A DNA stretch of 64,000 nucleotides from the NCBI RefSeq assembly GCF_009914755.1, contig NC_060936.1; one strand, given 5' to 3'. This stretch comes from the human T2T-CHM13v2.0 reference genome, Homo sapiens. The translations under genes and the position numbers were made by a program. A model generated the notes under the pieces. The model was not told where the DNA came from. It was given only the letters and a program-made list of their open reading frames with translations, and made no database searches. This document shows, one piece after another, positions 13,993 through 32,520 of this stretch; the first letter of the stretch is position 1, and each line of letters opens with the position of its first letter.

Positions 13993-14742
13993 TGCAAGCC
14001 AGAAATAAAATCCTAAACCCTCCAACTGACTGAACTGAACAGACCCCCTCTTGGCTGAGGGAACCCCAGAGAAACCCAAAAAACGAAATTCCAGGCCATG
14101 CCAGGAAGGGAGGCTGAACACACCTTGTTGTACTCTTTTGGGGTTTAGGTTAAAATAGAGGTCACAAGACTGGCAAAACAGAATCTTTGTGGCAATGGGA
14201 TACCAAATTACAAAGAAGACCTAAGGCCATGCAAGGCAGGGGTTAAGTCACATCCTACAAACCATAAAATCTGCCCTCCCCCACTTTTTTCTGAGGCAGT
14301 CTCCCTTTGTCACCAGGAGTGCAGTGGCATGATGACAGCTCACTGCAGCCTTGACTGCCTGGGCTCCAGGGATCCTCCCTTTTCAGCCTCCTGAGTAGCT
14401 GTGACTACAGGTGTGCACCACCATGCCAGGCTAATTTCGTATTTTTTGTGAAGTCAGGGTTTTGCCATGTTGCCCAGGCTGGTCTCAAACTCCTGAGCTC
14501 AAGTGATCTGCGCACTAAGTGCTATGATTACAGGTGTAAGCCACTACACCTGGCTTTGTATTGATTTATTAATTGGTCTACAATTCCCATCTCCCTAACA
14601 TGTATATAACCAAACTGTAACCTGACCACCTTGGACACACTTTCTCAGGACCTCTTGAGACTGTTCCCTGGGCCATGGTCACTCATACAAGTTCACAGTA
14701 AGCCTCTTTAAAATATTTTAAAGTTTGGTCTTTCCATTAACA
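13993..14742 (+). mobile_element. MER4-group ERV1 solo LTR (MER4D/E-like) containing an AluJ
   Basis: TG...CA termini, 4-bp TSD tgat/cgat; cagaaataaaatcctaa..., gaccaccttggacacactttctcaggacctcttgagactg. Confidence 0.75.
14285..14555 (-). mobile_element. AluJ nested in the MER4-group LTR
   Basis: Diverged Alu with internal deletions. Confidence 0.85.
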
Positions 14743-15151
14743 CGATGATGAGGAGGATGACAAGTAGCTGCCATGTGCGAGTGCTTACCATGTTTTAGAC
14801 TGTGCTGAGTGCCTACCTGAATCTAGTTAGATCTTCATGATGATAGTATGACATAAGAACTATTTTATCATTATTATGTGTCAGTGATTTCAAAATAACA
14901 CAGAAAACATATAACGCTATACACTAAGTTAATGATATATGTAAGCCATGCAAAAAATATTGAGAATAAAATACACTGAATAAAGCACTGAAGTCATACA
15001 AAGGGCTTAGCTATGGTTGTGCTAAGCCTTGGAAAAACAGGTGGAATAAAATCCGGAGTCCTCTCTCCCTCTTTCCCCCAATTTACTCTCTTTGGATGGA
15101 CCACACTGCAGCCGCTCTGGTGCTCTTTCTATCCCTAAAACACACCCAGCC

Positions 15152-16502
15152 TATTAGAGGCCAAATAGTGCCCTTTCAGTCCCCTAAAGTCATATGCCCA
15201 AGTCCTAAGCCCCAGTACCTCAGAATGTGACTGTAGTTGGAGATGGGGCCTCTACAGAGACAGTTAAGGTAAAATGAGGTCATTGGGGTGGGCCCTAATC
15301 CAATATGACGTATACTCAATACGACCATGATATTATGATGTATATATTTTGGGTTTTGTCCATGATTCCGGGTTCTCAGCTCCTGTAAGCCTTGCTGTTT
15401 CCTAAGTGACTAGAGCAATAAGAATATCTTTTGTTAAATTATTTGGCCTTTTGTCCTGGGTTCTTGAAACACCCTAGAAACAGCTTCAGAGAAGTGAGGG
15501 AGAAAGATGTTTTTTTGTTATTCGTAACAAAGCCTTTTCAACCACATCTGAGCTGGTGTGAATGAGGTGATTTTTGGAAACTCAGGGTGGGCAAATGATG
15601 GGGTGCTCATTGCCAGGGGAGAACTAGCCATGTGGTCAGCCCCACACTCCAACCACCCAACAACCAGGGAGGGGAGAGAGGCTGAGGTTTAAGTTGATTA
15701 CCAATGACTGATTGATTTAATTAGTCATATCTGTGTAACAAAGCTTTCATTAAAACCCCAAAAGAACTGGGTTGGAAGAGCTTGTGGATAGCTGAGCATG
15801 CGAGAGTTTCCAGGAAGATGAACAAGAAGACATCCACGAGCTGGGAGGGTGGTGCACCCCAGCTCCACCCGGACAGAAGCTCCTGGGCTCATGACCCTTC
15901 CAGATCTTGCCCTATGCCTCTCTTCATCTGGCTGTTTATTTGTATCCTTTAAAATATCCTGTGTAATAAACCAAGTAAGTGTTTCCCTGAGTTCTGTGAC
16001 CTGCTCTAGCAGCTCGTGGGAGCCCTGGTTTATACTTGGTGAGTCAGAAGCACGGGCAAAATAACCTGGGGCTTGCAATTGTTGTCAGAAGTGGAGGGCA
16101 GTCTTGTGCAGCTGAGTCCTCAACCTTTGTGATCTGATGCCCTCTCCAGGTAGATATTGTCAGAATTGAGTTGAATTGGAGGACACCCCGCTGTTGTCCT
16201 CTGTGCAATCACTTGCTTGCTGATGGGAGAAATCCCCACACATCTGGTGTCACAAGCGTGTTGTGAGAGTATAGAGGAAAATGGTTTGCTTTTCCACCTA
16301 TAGACACATACAGAGGGAAAATGAGGTGAAGACACAAGGAAAAGACAACCATCTATGAGCCAAGGAGAGAGGCCTTAAAAGAAATCAACCCTGGCATCTT
16401 GATCTTGGACTTCAAGCCTCCAGAATGGTGAGAAGATTAATTCTGTTGTTTAAGTCGCCCTGTCTGTGGTGTTTGTTATAGTAGCCCTAGAAAAATAATA
16501 CA
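15152..16502 (+). mobile_element. MLT1B-like LTR split by a MER21 insertion
   Basis: 5' half at 15152-15325 (cccagtacctcagaatgtgactgta...gggccctaatccaatatgac); 3' half at ~16301-16502 (gccaaggagagaggcc...ttgatcttggacttc...aataca); TSD cagcc/aagcc. Confidence 0.8.
15326..16300 (+). mobile_element. MER21-type LTR
   Basis: (tg)tgatattatg..tatatattttgg start; gacccttccagatcttgccctatgcctctcttcatctggctgt; gtgtttccctgagttctgtga. Confidence 0.8.
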
Positions 16503-17093
16503 AAGCCTTTTTCTGTGCTAGGAACTTTGTGCTTTGCATTTTCTGGTTGGAAATCTTTGTTCCCATGCTCAGTTCAAATATTCCCCCCTCACAGAGGCTG
16601 TCCCCACCTGTCAACTGAAATTACTGCCCCCACTCCCAACAGTCAACCTCTTACCAGCAACCCCCAGCACAGGAGTCTGTTCTGTATTTTTTATACTTCT
16701 ATTAGCACCTGATATTATTTACTTGTGTTACTGTTTATTTTCTCTTCCCTGATCCCTTCTAGAATGTAAGCGCCTTAAAGGTAGCCTCTAGTTCATTTTT
16801 ATGAAATAAACTGCTGTCAGTTCAGAGCCAGGGTCTGGTGATTAAAAAAAAAAAAGAAGAGGAAATAACCTTATTATTATTATTTTTTTATTATACTTTA
16901 AGTTTTAGGGTACACGTGCACAATGTGCAGTTTATTACATATGTACACATGTGCCATGTTGGTGCGCTGCACCCATTAACTCTTCAATTAACATTAGGTA
17001 TATCTCCTAATGCTATCCCTCCACCTTCCCCCCACCACACAACAGGCCCCGGTGTGTGATGTTCCCCTTCCTGTGTCCATGTGTTGTCCTTGT

Positions 17094-21266
<4,173 letters not shown>

Positions 21267-21322
21267 TTAGCTGGTTATTTTGCTCATTAGTTGATGCAGT
21301 TCCTTCCTAGCCTCGATGGTCT

Positions 21323-22335
21323 TTACAATTTGGCATGTTTTTGCAGTGGCTGGTACCAGTTGTTCCTTTCCATGTTTAGCACTTCCTTCAGGAGCTCTTT
21401 TAGGGCAGGCCTGGTGGTGACAAAATCTCTCAGCATTTGCTCATCTGTAAAGTATTTTATTTCTCCTTCACTTATGAAGCTTAGTTTGGCTGGATATGAA
21501 ATTCTGGGTTGAAAATTCTTTAAGAATGTTGAATATTGGCCCCCACTCTCTTCTGGCTTGTAGAGTTTCTGCTGAGAGATCAGCTGTTAGTCTGATAGGC
21601 TTCCCTTTGTGGGTAACCTGACCTTTCTCTCTGGCTGCCCTTAACATTTTTTCCTTCATTTCAACTTTGGTGAATCTGATAATTATGTGTCTTGGAGTTG
21701 CCCTTCTCGAGGAGTATCTTTGTGGCATTCTCTGTATTTCCTGAATTTGAATATTGGCCTGCCTTGCTAGCTTGGGGAAGTTCGCCTGGATAATATCCTG
21801 TGGGGTGTTTTCCAACTTGGTTCCATTCTCACCATCACTTTCAGGTACACCAATCAGAAGTAGATTTGGTCTTTTCACATAGTCCCATATTTCTTGGAGG
21901 CTTTGTTCATTTCTTTTTATTCTTTTTTGTCTAAACTTCTCCTCTCACTTCATTTCATTCATTTGATATTCCATCACTGATACCCTTTCTTCCAATGGAT
22001 TGAATCGGCTACTGAGGCCTGTGCATTCGTCATGTAGTTCTCATGCCGTGGTTTTCAGCTCCATGAGGTCCTTTAAGGACTTCTCTGCATTGGTTATTCT
22101 TGTTAGCCATTTGTCTAATTTTTTTTTCAAGGTTTTTAACTTCTTTGCCATGGGTTCGAACTTCCTCCTTTAGCTTGGAGTAGTTTAATCATCTGAAGCC
22201 TTCTTCTCTCAATTCGTTAATGTCATTCTGTGTCCAGCTTTGTTCCATTGCTGGTGAGGAGCTGCATTCCTATGGAGGAGGAGAGGCACTCTGATTTTTA
22301 GAGTTCCCAGTTTTTCTGCTCTGTTTTTTCCCCAT
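21323..22335 (-). pseudogene. L1 ORF1p, disrupted
   Basis: ATG at 22335. Fragment 21468-21878 (KRPNL..GVPESDGENGTKLENT...RRATPRHIIIRF...ARREW) is frameshifted by a small deletion near 21520. Confidence 0.92.
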
Positions 22336-23596
22336 CTTTGTGGTTTTATCTGCCTTTGGTCTTTGATGATGGTGACGTACAGATGGGGTTTTGGTGTGGA
22401 TGTCCTTTCTGTTTGTTAGTTTTCCTTCTAACAGTCAGGACCCTCAGCTGCAGGTCTGTTGGAATTTGCTGGAGGTCCACTCCAGACCCTGTTTGCCTGG
22501 GTATCAGCAGCGGAGGCTGCAGAACAATGGGTATTGGTGAACAGCAAATGTTGCTGCCTGATCGTTCCTCTGGAAGTTTTGTCTCAGAGGAGTACCTGGC
22601 TGTGTGAGGTGTCAGTCTGCCCCTACTGGGGGGTGCCTTCCAGTTAGGCTACTTGGGGGTCAGGGACCCACTTGAGGAGGCAGTCTGTCCATTCTCAGAT
22701 CTCCAGCTGTGTGCTGGGAGAACCACTACTGTCTTCCAAGCTGTCAGACAGGGACATTTAGGTCTGCAGAGTTTTCTGCTGCCTTTTGTTTGGCTATGCC
22801 CTGCCCCCAGAGGTGGAGTCTACAGAGGCAGGCAGGCCTCCTTGAGCTGTGGTGGGCTCCACCCAGTTCGAGCTTCCTGGCCGCTTTGTTTACCTATGCA
22901 AGCCTCTGCTATGGTGGGTGCCCCTCCCCCAGCCTAGCTGCCGCCTTGCAGTTTGATCTCAGACTGCTGTGCTAGCAATGAGCGAGGCTCCGTGGGCATA
23001 GGACCCTCTGAGCCAGGCGCGGGATATAATCTCCTGGTGTGCTGTTTGCTAAGACTGTTGGAAAAGTGCAGTATTAGGGTGGGATTGATCCGATTCTCCA
23101 GGTGCCGTCTGTTACCCCTTTCTTTGACTAGGAAAGGGAATTCCCTGACCCCTTATGCTTCCCAGGTGAGGCGATGCCTTGCCCTGCTTCAGCTCACACT
23201 TGGTGCACTGCACCCACTGTCCTGCACCTACTGTCCAACACTCACCAGTGAGATGAACTTAGTACCTCAGTTGGAGATGCAGAAATCACCCGTCTTCTGC
23301 ATTGCTCAGGCTGGGAGCTGTAGACTGGAGTTGTTCCTATTTGGCCATCTTGGTTCCCCAACCCCTGGAAATAACCTTTGATAGAATGAACAGTTCTGAT
23401 CCCCACAAGCCACTGTGCAAGGTCCATGAAATTTTGGTATCTGCTATGAGCAATCACAGACCATCATCAGTCTTTCATTATTCTCTTGCTCCAAGTTCAG
23501 GCCTTTAAAACATTCATTTTCATTAAATCATTTGATTTTTATAGGAGGCTTGGCTTTTCTCCAATATGCCCTGCAAATTCTCGTCTGTTATACTTA

Positions 23597-23987
23597 CATT
23601 AAATTAAGCCTAAAGCTGCCTCTTTACATGTTTTAAGTTTGGTCCGAAAGTTTCTCCATATGTAGTGAACTGTAACCTAACAGGCTGCGTCAAATGACTG
23701 TAACCAACTCTTGCACCAATCACTGAGTTTTGGCCAGTCTAAGGTGAGCAACTGTTTAAACCGTGTTCAAATAAGGCACAGGCTGAGATGTAACCAATCC
23801 AGTGATTTTGGTACCTCACTTCCATTTTCCATACCTTGCTTTCCTTTTTCTGTCAACAAATCCTTTGTGACCACATGCGGAAGTTGTTCTGAACCTATTC
23901 TGGTTTGGGGGCTGCCTGACTGGAGAATTGTTCCTTGCTCAGCTGAACTCTGTTAAGTTCAGTTTGTCTTAAGTTCTTCTTTTAACA
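23597..23987 (+). mobile_element. MER57-type ERV1 solo LTR
   Basis: attaagcctaaagctgcctctttacatgttttaagtt...gtaaccaatcc...cttttaaca; opposite orientation to the copy at 13050. Confidence 0.8.
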
Positions 23988-26182
23988 CCTGTGAGCAACA
24001 ATGGCTGCATCTTAAGTGAGGCCCCCTCACCCTAGTCTACACTTCTGCATGCTCTCCTGCATTTGTGTATGCTTTGGTTTGTGTGTTCTCCTTAAAGAGT
24101 CAGCATTCTGCATATCATAGTACTGGGAGGAGAGTATTAAGCCAGCTCTGGCAGGAAAAACAACTCTGCTTGGAGATAGAACTGAAAATAGATTTCCCCA
24201 TTGGGCAGAAATACAGATGCATGAAATCTCTTGTGCATCCCATTTGATATTCCTGGCAGCAATAGTTCTGGGATCTTATTATTTGAATGCTTCTTGCCCA
24301 TTGTGATGAGGACTACATATCCACACATGAATGTACATACGTACAGTAGAATATTAGAAATGGCAGAAATTCCATTTATTGTGTAACGAAACCCAATCTT
24401 TCCAGTCATTTACTAGTCAGGAGAGCTGGTCTCACAATTACATATGGAAATATTATATTTGAAGATATATGATCTTCATAATTTTGTTTCGGATATGGGT
24501 GAAAAGCAGTCTGAGAGCTACCAGATTAAATAAACAACAGTAATAATCTTTTTTATTCCTGGGAAAAGAAATGAGGCTGATTTGAAAAAGAACAAATCAA
24601 CTTGTTAATGTTTCAAAAAATATCTCATTAGAAGTAAACACAATTTCATGAAAATTCCAGTGGTGTTTAATCTAGCTAATATTACTACTGCCTTGTGGAA
24701 ACTGTAACACTCAGCTGTGTGACAGGTTGCTTTTCACAATGATTTGTGTCACAGGATTTTTCAACTTTTGAAACAGGGTAGAAAATACACAATTTTACTT
24801 TTTTTTGGTTAAAAGGAAGCTGAAGAAAAACAAGGACAAAATATTGACTATACAAATGAAAGCTTAAAATGAAAACAACACAAACCAAACTCAAAATACA
24901 CTGAGGGTACCAATTTGCTCTTTAGAATTTTCTGGGATTATTGTTGCTTTAAAACTGTAGAGTAAACAAGGAGCGGTTCTCTGTGACTCATAGTTCCAGA
25001 TTGACAGCTGTCATTTCTCTTTAGCAGATAAAGAGGCACTTCCTTTTTTTAGTTGTCAGCTGCTAAGGCAGTTTAGTGAGCACTGGAGAACCAGGTCAGG
25101 GTGAGCACACAGACTGCTGTAATGGCACAAAATCAAACCCCACTTTTGGACTTGGGTCTAATGGCAAAGGCAAGATTGAACATTGGAGCACTGATTAAAG
25201 TCAAACCTCCCAGTTTCAAGAGGTTTATTCATTTTTTAAAAGGCCTATTAGTAACTGAATGAGTTTACAGTTCTGAGTAACTGTATGTATGGTCTATAGT
25301 AAACAACCTAAACAGCTGTTCTAAATGAGTTCTTTATATTCAGCCTCTAGAAACTTGTAATTACATTTGAGCCAGGACATGTGATACCAGAAGATATAAA
25401 GCTATTTAGCCCCAACTGCCACTTGAATTCAGGCAAGGCAGTTCAGTAGGATCAGCGGAACACACAAGAAAATCACTGCCATTAATCATCTCTTAAAGTA
25501 GAACTGAAGAAAGCTTTTCTTTAAAAACAAATAGATTTACTCTTTTTTCATTAGTCCTGGGCTTTAAAAATAAATTGTGATGAGGTTGCATTTTCAGCAG
25601 CAATTGATCTTTTCTGTCTTACATTTTATATCTTGCTAGGTGATGTTAGGAAATTTTAGGCATAAATACTGTTATAGCAGTTCTCTTTAAAAAGTGGAGG
25701 CTCAAGAAGAAAGTTAAGAAACACCCTAATTTTCAACAACCATGAAATCAAGTGTGGGTTGCTCCAAGAATTTCTCCCCATCTCTAGCTACAAAAGCATG
25801 CTCTAGGAGAACACATGTATGCCCAATGAAATAGTTTAGATATTTGAATATGAACAATCTTTAAATAAACAGGCCATGTTTTAAATGTTGTTTATTTTAG
25901 CAAATATTGACAGATTTGAAACCTCTGTTTCCAGGTAGATTGACCAAAATCTAACAGTTACGAATAGTTTTACCAACCTGCAAAATCTTTATAAATTTTT
26001 TGACTCTTTCCATCATGAATTCATTCACTACTGAAAAGAGTATTTACTGAGACTCATTTGGTTCTACAACTAATAACAGTGAGCTTCAGGAGTTTGAAGT
26101 TTTTATTCATTTTTAGCAATATGTATTCAATTTATCTTAACATTCTTAGGATCTGTCTTCTGATTCTTTAGATTACAAATAG

Positions 26183-26500
<318 letters not shown>

Positions 26501-27023
26501 AGTTCTAACCTAATTTCTTTCTGACCTTGGCTCTCTTGGGCCATGCCAATTACAGGTCAAGTCAACCCTTCCCTTAAAAGCCTGGGACACTGATTAGCAT
26601 GAGCCAGAGCTGGAGAGCCACATGAAGGCAACGTATAGTGCCCAAATGGTACACGGCCACACGCTGTTCTTCAAGATGCACCTCATTAGCTTGTTTCTGA
26701 TGTGGTACGTCGTTCTCCTCTATTTTCTCCAATTTCATACTTTTGCATTTTTAATCATTCTTTAAGACCCAGCTCAAATCATTTTTCTTCATGAAAGCTT
26801 TATTAATCTACTTTCTTCGTTCTCCCAATTTCCATGTATTTGTATTTTTCTTTCAGTGCACACCTAGAAGTGGTTGCATCTATGGTAGTCAGATTTTCTT
26901 CCTCTTGTGTTCCTATAGATCAAAAGTTCTTTGACAATAATATTGTTTCTCATTTTCTAGTAGCCCCTGCTGTCTTTCAAATGGAATGTGCCTGATAAAT
27001 ATTTGTTGATAAAGTTGGGAGGA

Positions 27024-27124
27024 ATTGGATACAATATTGGCGTATGGATTGGCATATATTGGATACCATATATCTGGCATATGGATTGGCATACATTGGA
27101 TACCATATATCTGGCATATGGATT
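27024..27124. repeat. 37-bp minisatellite, ~2.8 copies
   Basis: Unit attggataccatatatctggcatatggattggcata(c/t) starts at 27024 (degenerate), 27058 and 27095. Confidence 0.9.
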
Positions 27125-28246
27125 TTATTTTTGCCTTTTTTTTTCATCCATTCCTGAAAGTAGTAAAAAAAAAAAAAAAAAAGACCGTATCAGGACTACA
27201 TTTATAGCCAAAGAGTCCTTGAATTAGAGTGAAACAACTGAGGCTAGAATTTAGCTCTTTATGTTAAATTTGTGGCACTAATTTTCCCAGTGGCAGTTGG
27301 GGAAGTCACCAACACAGACATAACGTCATTGCAAACCAGGAGGCCAAGCATAGCTGTGGGAAAGAAAGCCATGTTCAAAAGGAAATATCCAAAATAATAG
27401 AATGGAGGGTCTAGAAAATCGCCACCATGAATGCTGTTTTTGTGGGTCTCATTTTCCCCAAGGTTGCTCTGGTATGAAAGTCCTTCTTTAAGGAGATAAC
27501 ATAAAAAGAAATAAGTGGTGGCAAAAAAAAAAAAAAGCTCACTCTTGTAATGGCCTTGTGTGTTCTTTGGCTATTTCAATGTAATGTTTATCTAATAAAT
27601 AGCATTTCAGTGTTAAACAGTAGAGCTGTGTCTCCGCTTCTATGCCAGAAGGCTGGACCTCCTTCAGGTCTTGCCATGCTCTTACTGCTGAAAAAAGTTC
27701 TGTTTTAATGAAAAGAGATACTATGTGGCTGGAGCCAGTACCAGTGATGCCTGCTTAACATTTTCATGCTTCCGCATAGTACAGAAGTCTTCAGACAGTC
27801 ACAGTTCACGTGTTTGTGTGTGATTACTGTATGTATGGTCTATAGTAAACGTGCATGCATACATAAAAATATAATTTCAATAAAAACTGACGGTAAAAAG
27901 CACCCAGACAACCAGACAATACTTGTTGGAGATAGAATTCTATGTAAATGCTTCCTGTACTAAACAAGTTTATCAGAGAAAGGCATTGTTCAAAGGGAAA
28001 TATCCTTTGTGTATGAAGATAAACGTAATAAGGATTATTGTGTATAATGTCCTTTGGCGATGTGTATTGGTGCATCTGTATAATAACTGAATAATTGTTC
28101 TGATGTCCATATTACAAAAAAGGAAGGAAAAAAGAAGACTAATGTGTGTGGTAGTGAAATTTAAAAGAAAGATGCTAATTCCAGAACAGAGCAAATGAAA
28201 CCTATGTCCAATTACCTACCTCAACTCTTAGACAGTCAACATATTT

Positions 28247-28387
28247 TTATTTATTTATTTATTTTTTAAAAATAATAGATACGAGGTCTCACTGTGTTGC
28301 CCAGGCTGGTCTAGAGCTCAAACAATCCTCTTGCCTTGGCCTCCCAAAGTGCTGGGATTACAGGCGTGAGCCATCACGCCCAGCCTG
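28247..28387 (-). mobile_element. Alu monomer (FLAM)
   Basis: Left-arm-only Alu; TSD gtcaaca(t/c)attt. Confidence 0.85.
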
Positions 28388-29639
28388 GTCAACACATTTA
28401 GATGGTATTGGAGTCATTTTTGAGATTGGATTTCAGAAATGTAGTTGATCTCCAAACTTTGCTATTTTCCAGAGGAGGAGAATGTTTCTTGAGAATAGTA
28501 AAATGAATTTTTAGCATGGTAGAGTGAGGACATGGCAGGGACAAGGTAGGTCAAGGCGGGACAGGTTAAAGAGGAAGAAAACATAGTCCAGGAAAAATTG
28601 TCCAAACTACTGAGAAAAATATATGATATTGCCCTGTTCATTTAATCCACTTCTGTAAACTCAGAGGAAGTGTTTATGCGGTTCTAAGGCAGTTCTTCTA
28701 CTCTGACAAGGTATGAGAATTTGTTTTATGGACCAAAGAGTTTCAGGGTGGAAAATGGGAAAGAGAAACTTGAAAGGGATTTGGTTGAGGTGTTGTCATC
28801 ATCAGTCTGACCTCCTTAATAAACTTTGCATGTTCAATCATCCATTCCATTCATTTGGAAAACTATTAAGCTCCTTCTGGGAGCACAGGAAGGATCACTA
28901 CCCTGAGATAAATAGGTCCTGTCTCTGAGGAACTTACAATCAGTCAGGTTTAAATTATGAGATCCATTATGCATAGTTCATGTGCTCTGCAGCTTGGGCT
29001 GATTTTAATATTGATGGACACAGACATGGTGTTTATGGGCAATGAATTGTGTTGACATGGCTGCCTTGTCCCCTCTTGGGGAACTGTCCTCACTGGTGGC
29101 CTTTGTTGCTTCCGCTGATTTCCTTAGGGCTCCCTTACTTGGTAACTTCCCTTGATCCAGCCTTCTCCTCTCTGTCCTTTCAGCAAATACAGCTGCCTTG
29201 TGTGCTGTTCTCCCAGAATTCAGAATCTATTTTATCTGAAAAACCTCTTGGTAAAGTGATAATGGATTCTTTTTCCTAGTTAGCATGTTTATATGGGAAT
29301 AGCACAATGAAGACACCTGCTTTAAGCCTGGGGAAGGTCTCTAATGCTAACAATTTCAGGTCATGGCAGGCTAAGGGGTGGTGGTGGGGAGTCATTGGAA
29401 CCCCTCAAATGGTAATCATACTCCATGGCTTCTGTCTGTATCCAGAGTGATGGTGGCGGATGTATCACTCTGGTTCCAAGAGCAACTAGAGAGCTTGTCA
29501 TCTGTGCTGAGATGCACTCACTTCTGCAGGTTTTGTTCTCTCCCTGGGCCATCACTCCTCAGAAAGGGTGGAAGAACTCTGGAAAATTTTCACCTATGGT
29601 CTCTTCAAATACTAGTTTTCTGCTATTCCCACCACTCAG

Positions 29640-30530
<891 letters not shown>

Positions 30531-30811
30531 TGCCCCAGAATAAATGATGCTATAGAAACGAATCTTTTAGTGCCTCTGAGCTCACCCATCTAAAAGCAAA
30601 GCAAAGAGTACTGGTTCCTCCAAAGAGCAGCCATTGATCATTTGTCTGACTCAATGTTTATTCCTACTCACTGCTGTGAGAAACCACCCTCTGGAAGGCA
30701 AGCACTTTGCGTCTTTACATGCAGAAGTGGGCGGGGCTGGCTTTGTGTTGAGTCAAGGGTGCGTGTTACTTAGAGGTAGCTTAGGTCGGAGCACTGTCTG
30801 GGTCCACAGAA

Positions 30812-30940
30812 TCAAGCAAAGCTTGGAATGAACTATACAACAGCAGTGGGAGGCTCAAGCAAAGCTTGGAATGAACTATACAACAGCAGTGGGAGGCTCA
30901 AGCAAAGCTTGGAATGAACTATACAACAGCAGTGGGAGGC
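30812..30940. repeat. Perfect tandem triplication of a 43-bp unit
   Basis: tcaagcaaagcttggaatgaactatacaacagcagtgggaggc at 30812, 30855 and 30898 with no mismatches. Confidence 0.97.
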
Positions 30941-32185
30941 TGCTGTGCTTTCTGCCTAAGCTTAAAGAAAGAAGACACACCTGGGGTCCTGCAGTAGAGC
31001 ACTCAGTTTGATACTTGGGCACATTAAACATTCAGCAAGAACAGTGCCTGAACATTGTCTTCTAAACAGTATCATCAAAATGTAAACAGATAGTGTGACA
31101 ATCCTATAGCGATTCTGTTGTTGGATGTCTTTTCTCCTGATTGGTCTCAGTGCCCTGAAACAATTCCTTCAGCCTGAACTGCTGGGAATTCAGATTAGCC
31201 AGCATCAAACCAACCCTTTAATGGGATCCATTGGCAATTGCACACAGCAGAGGTTAAGCAAATCTTAGGAACAGCTTTTTACTAATCACAGAAAAAGATG
31301 CACTTTATTTATATTTTAACACATCCCACTGTATTAAATCCAATGAAATGAATCAGAGATAAGCTATATAAAGAATATATATGTATATTTATATGTGTAT
31401 ATATATACACACACACACATTTCAGGTAATTTTGGTAGCACTTAAACAGTTTGTCTGATTTAACTTCTATGACACCACAACTTTAAACCACTCCTAGCAC
31501 AACTATAAAATAGAAAAACTGACATATGTAAAAAAAAAAAAATGGATCAGGGATCATATCAGACAAACTTATAATTATAAGCAGAATTATGGTAGAAGAT
31601 AAGTAGCAGTTGGAGAAACTCAAAAGGTTTTTGGGCTTGTTTTGGATGACCCTCAGAAGGTTTCATTTCTCAGGCAAATGTTCTGTCTCTGGAGTTGGAA
31701 AAACTGGACTTGAACTCTTATGAGAACAGGTAATTCCTCCTGGTTTGTTTTGATGACCAACATGGCCAGAGTAGCTTCTTTCAGGTGTTTAGCGCTTGTG
31801 CTAGAGCCCCTTTCAGAAATCAGAAATTTAGACAACAATTAAAAGCAAACAAACAATAACATGGCCACGCATATAGTTGTGTGAAATCTTGCTAGTCCTC
31901 TTTTTCTTCTCCCAAAATGTCTAGACGAAGCACAGCGGACTGACTGTTCGCAACCTCAGGCTAAATTTCCTGAAGTTCCTCCTTACTATCTTACTCTGCT
32001 GCTTTCACAGAAGGAACCAAGGCTAAGTTCTCAATTGTTTCTTTTTTTTTGTTTTCCTTTCAAATTACCTAAACAGTAGGTTTGTGGTCACCTGGTTTGA
32101 AATGCCCTCTATTTTCTCTGAAGGCCAAGTATCCTAGTATCCTATATTTAGGTATCACACCTGTGATAGTTAACCAAGACTCTCA

Positions 32186-32520
<335 letters not shown>

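Noticed and set aside
30812-30940. CRISPR-like array
   Set aside because: Units are head-to-tail with no unique spacers, the DNA is primate and there are no cas genes. The same applies to the arrays at 27024 and 63316.
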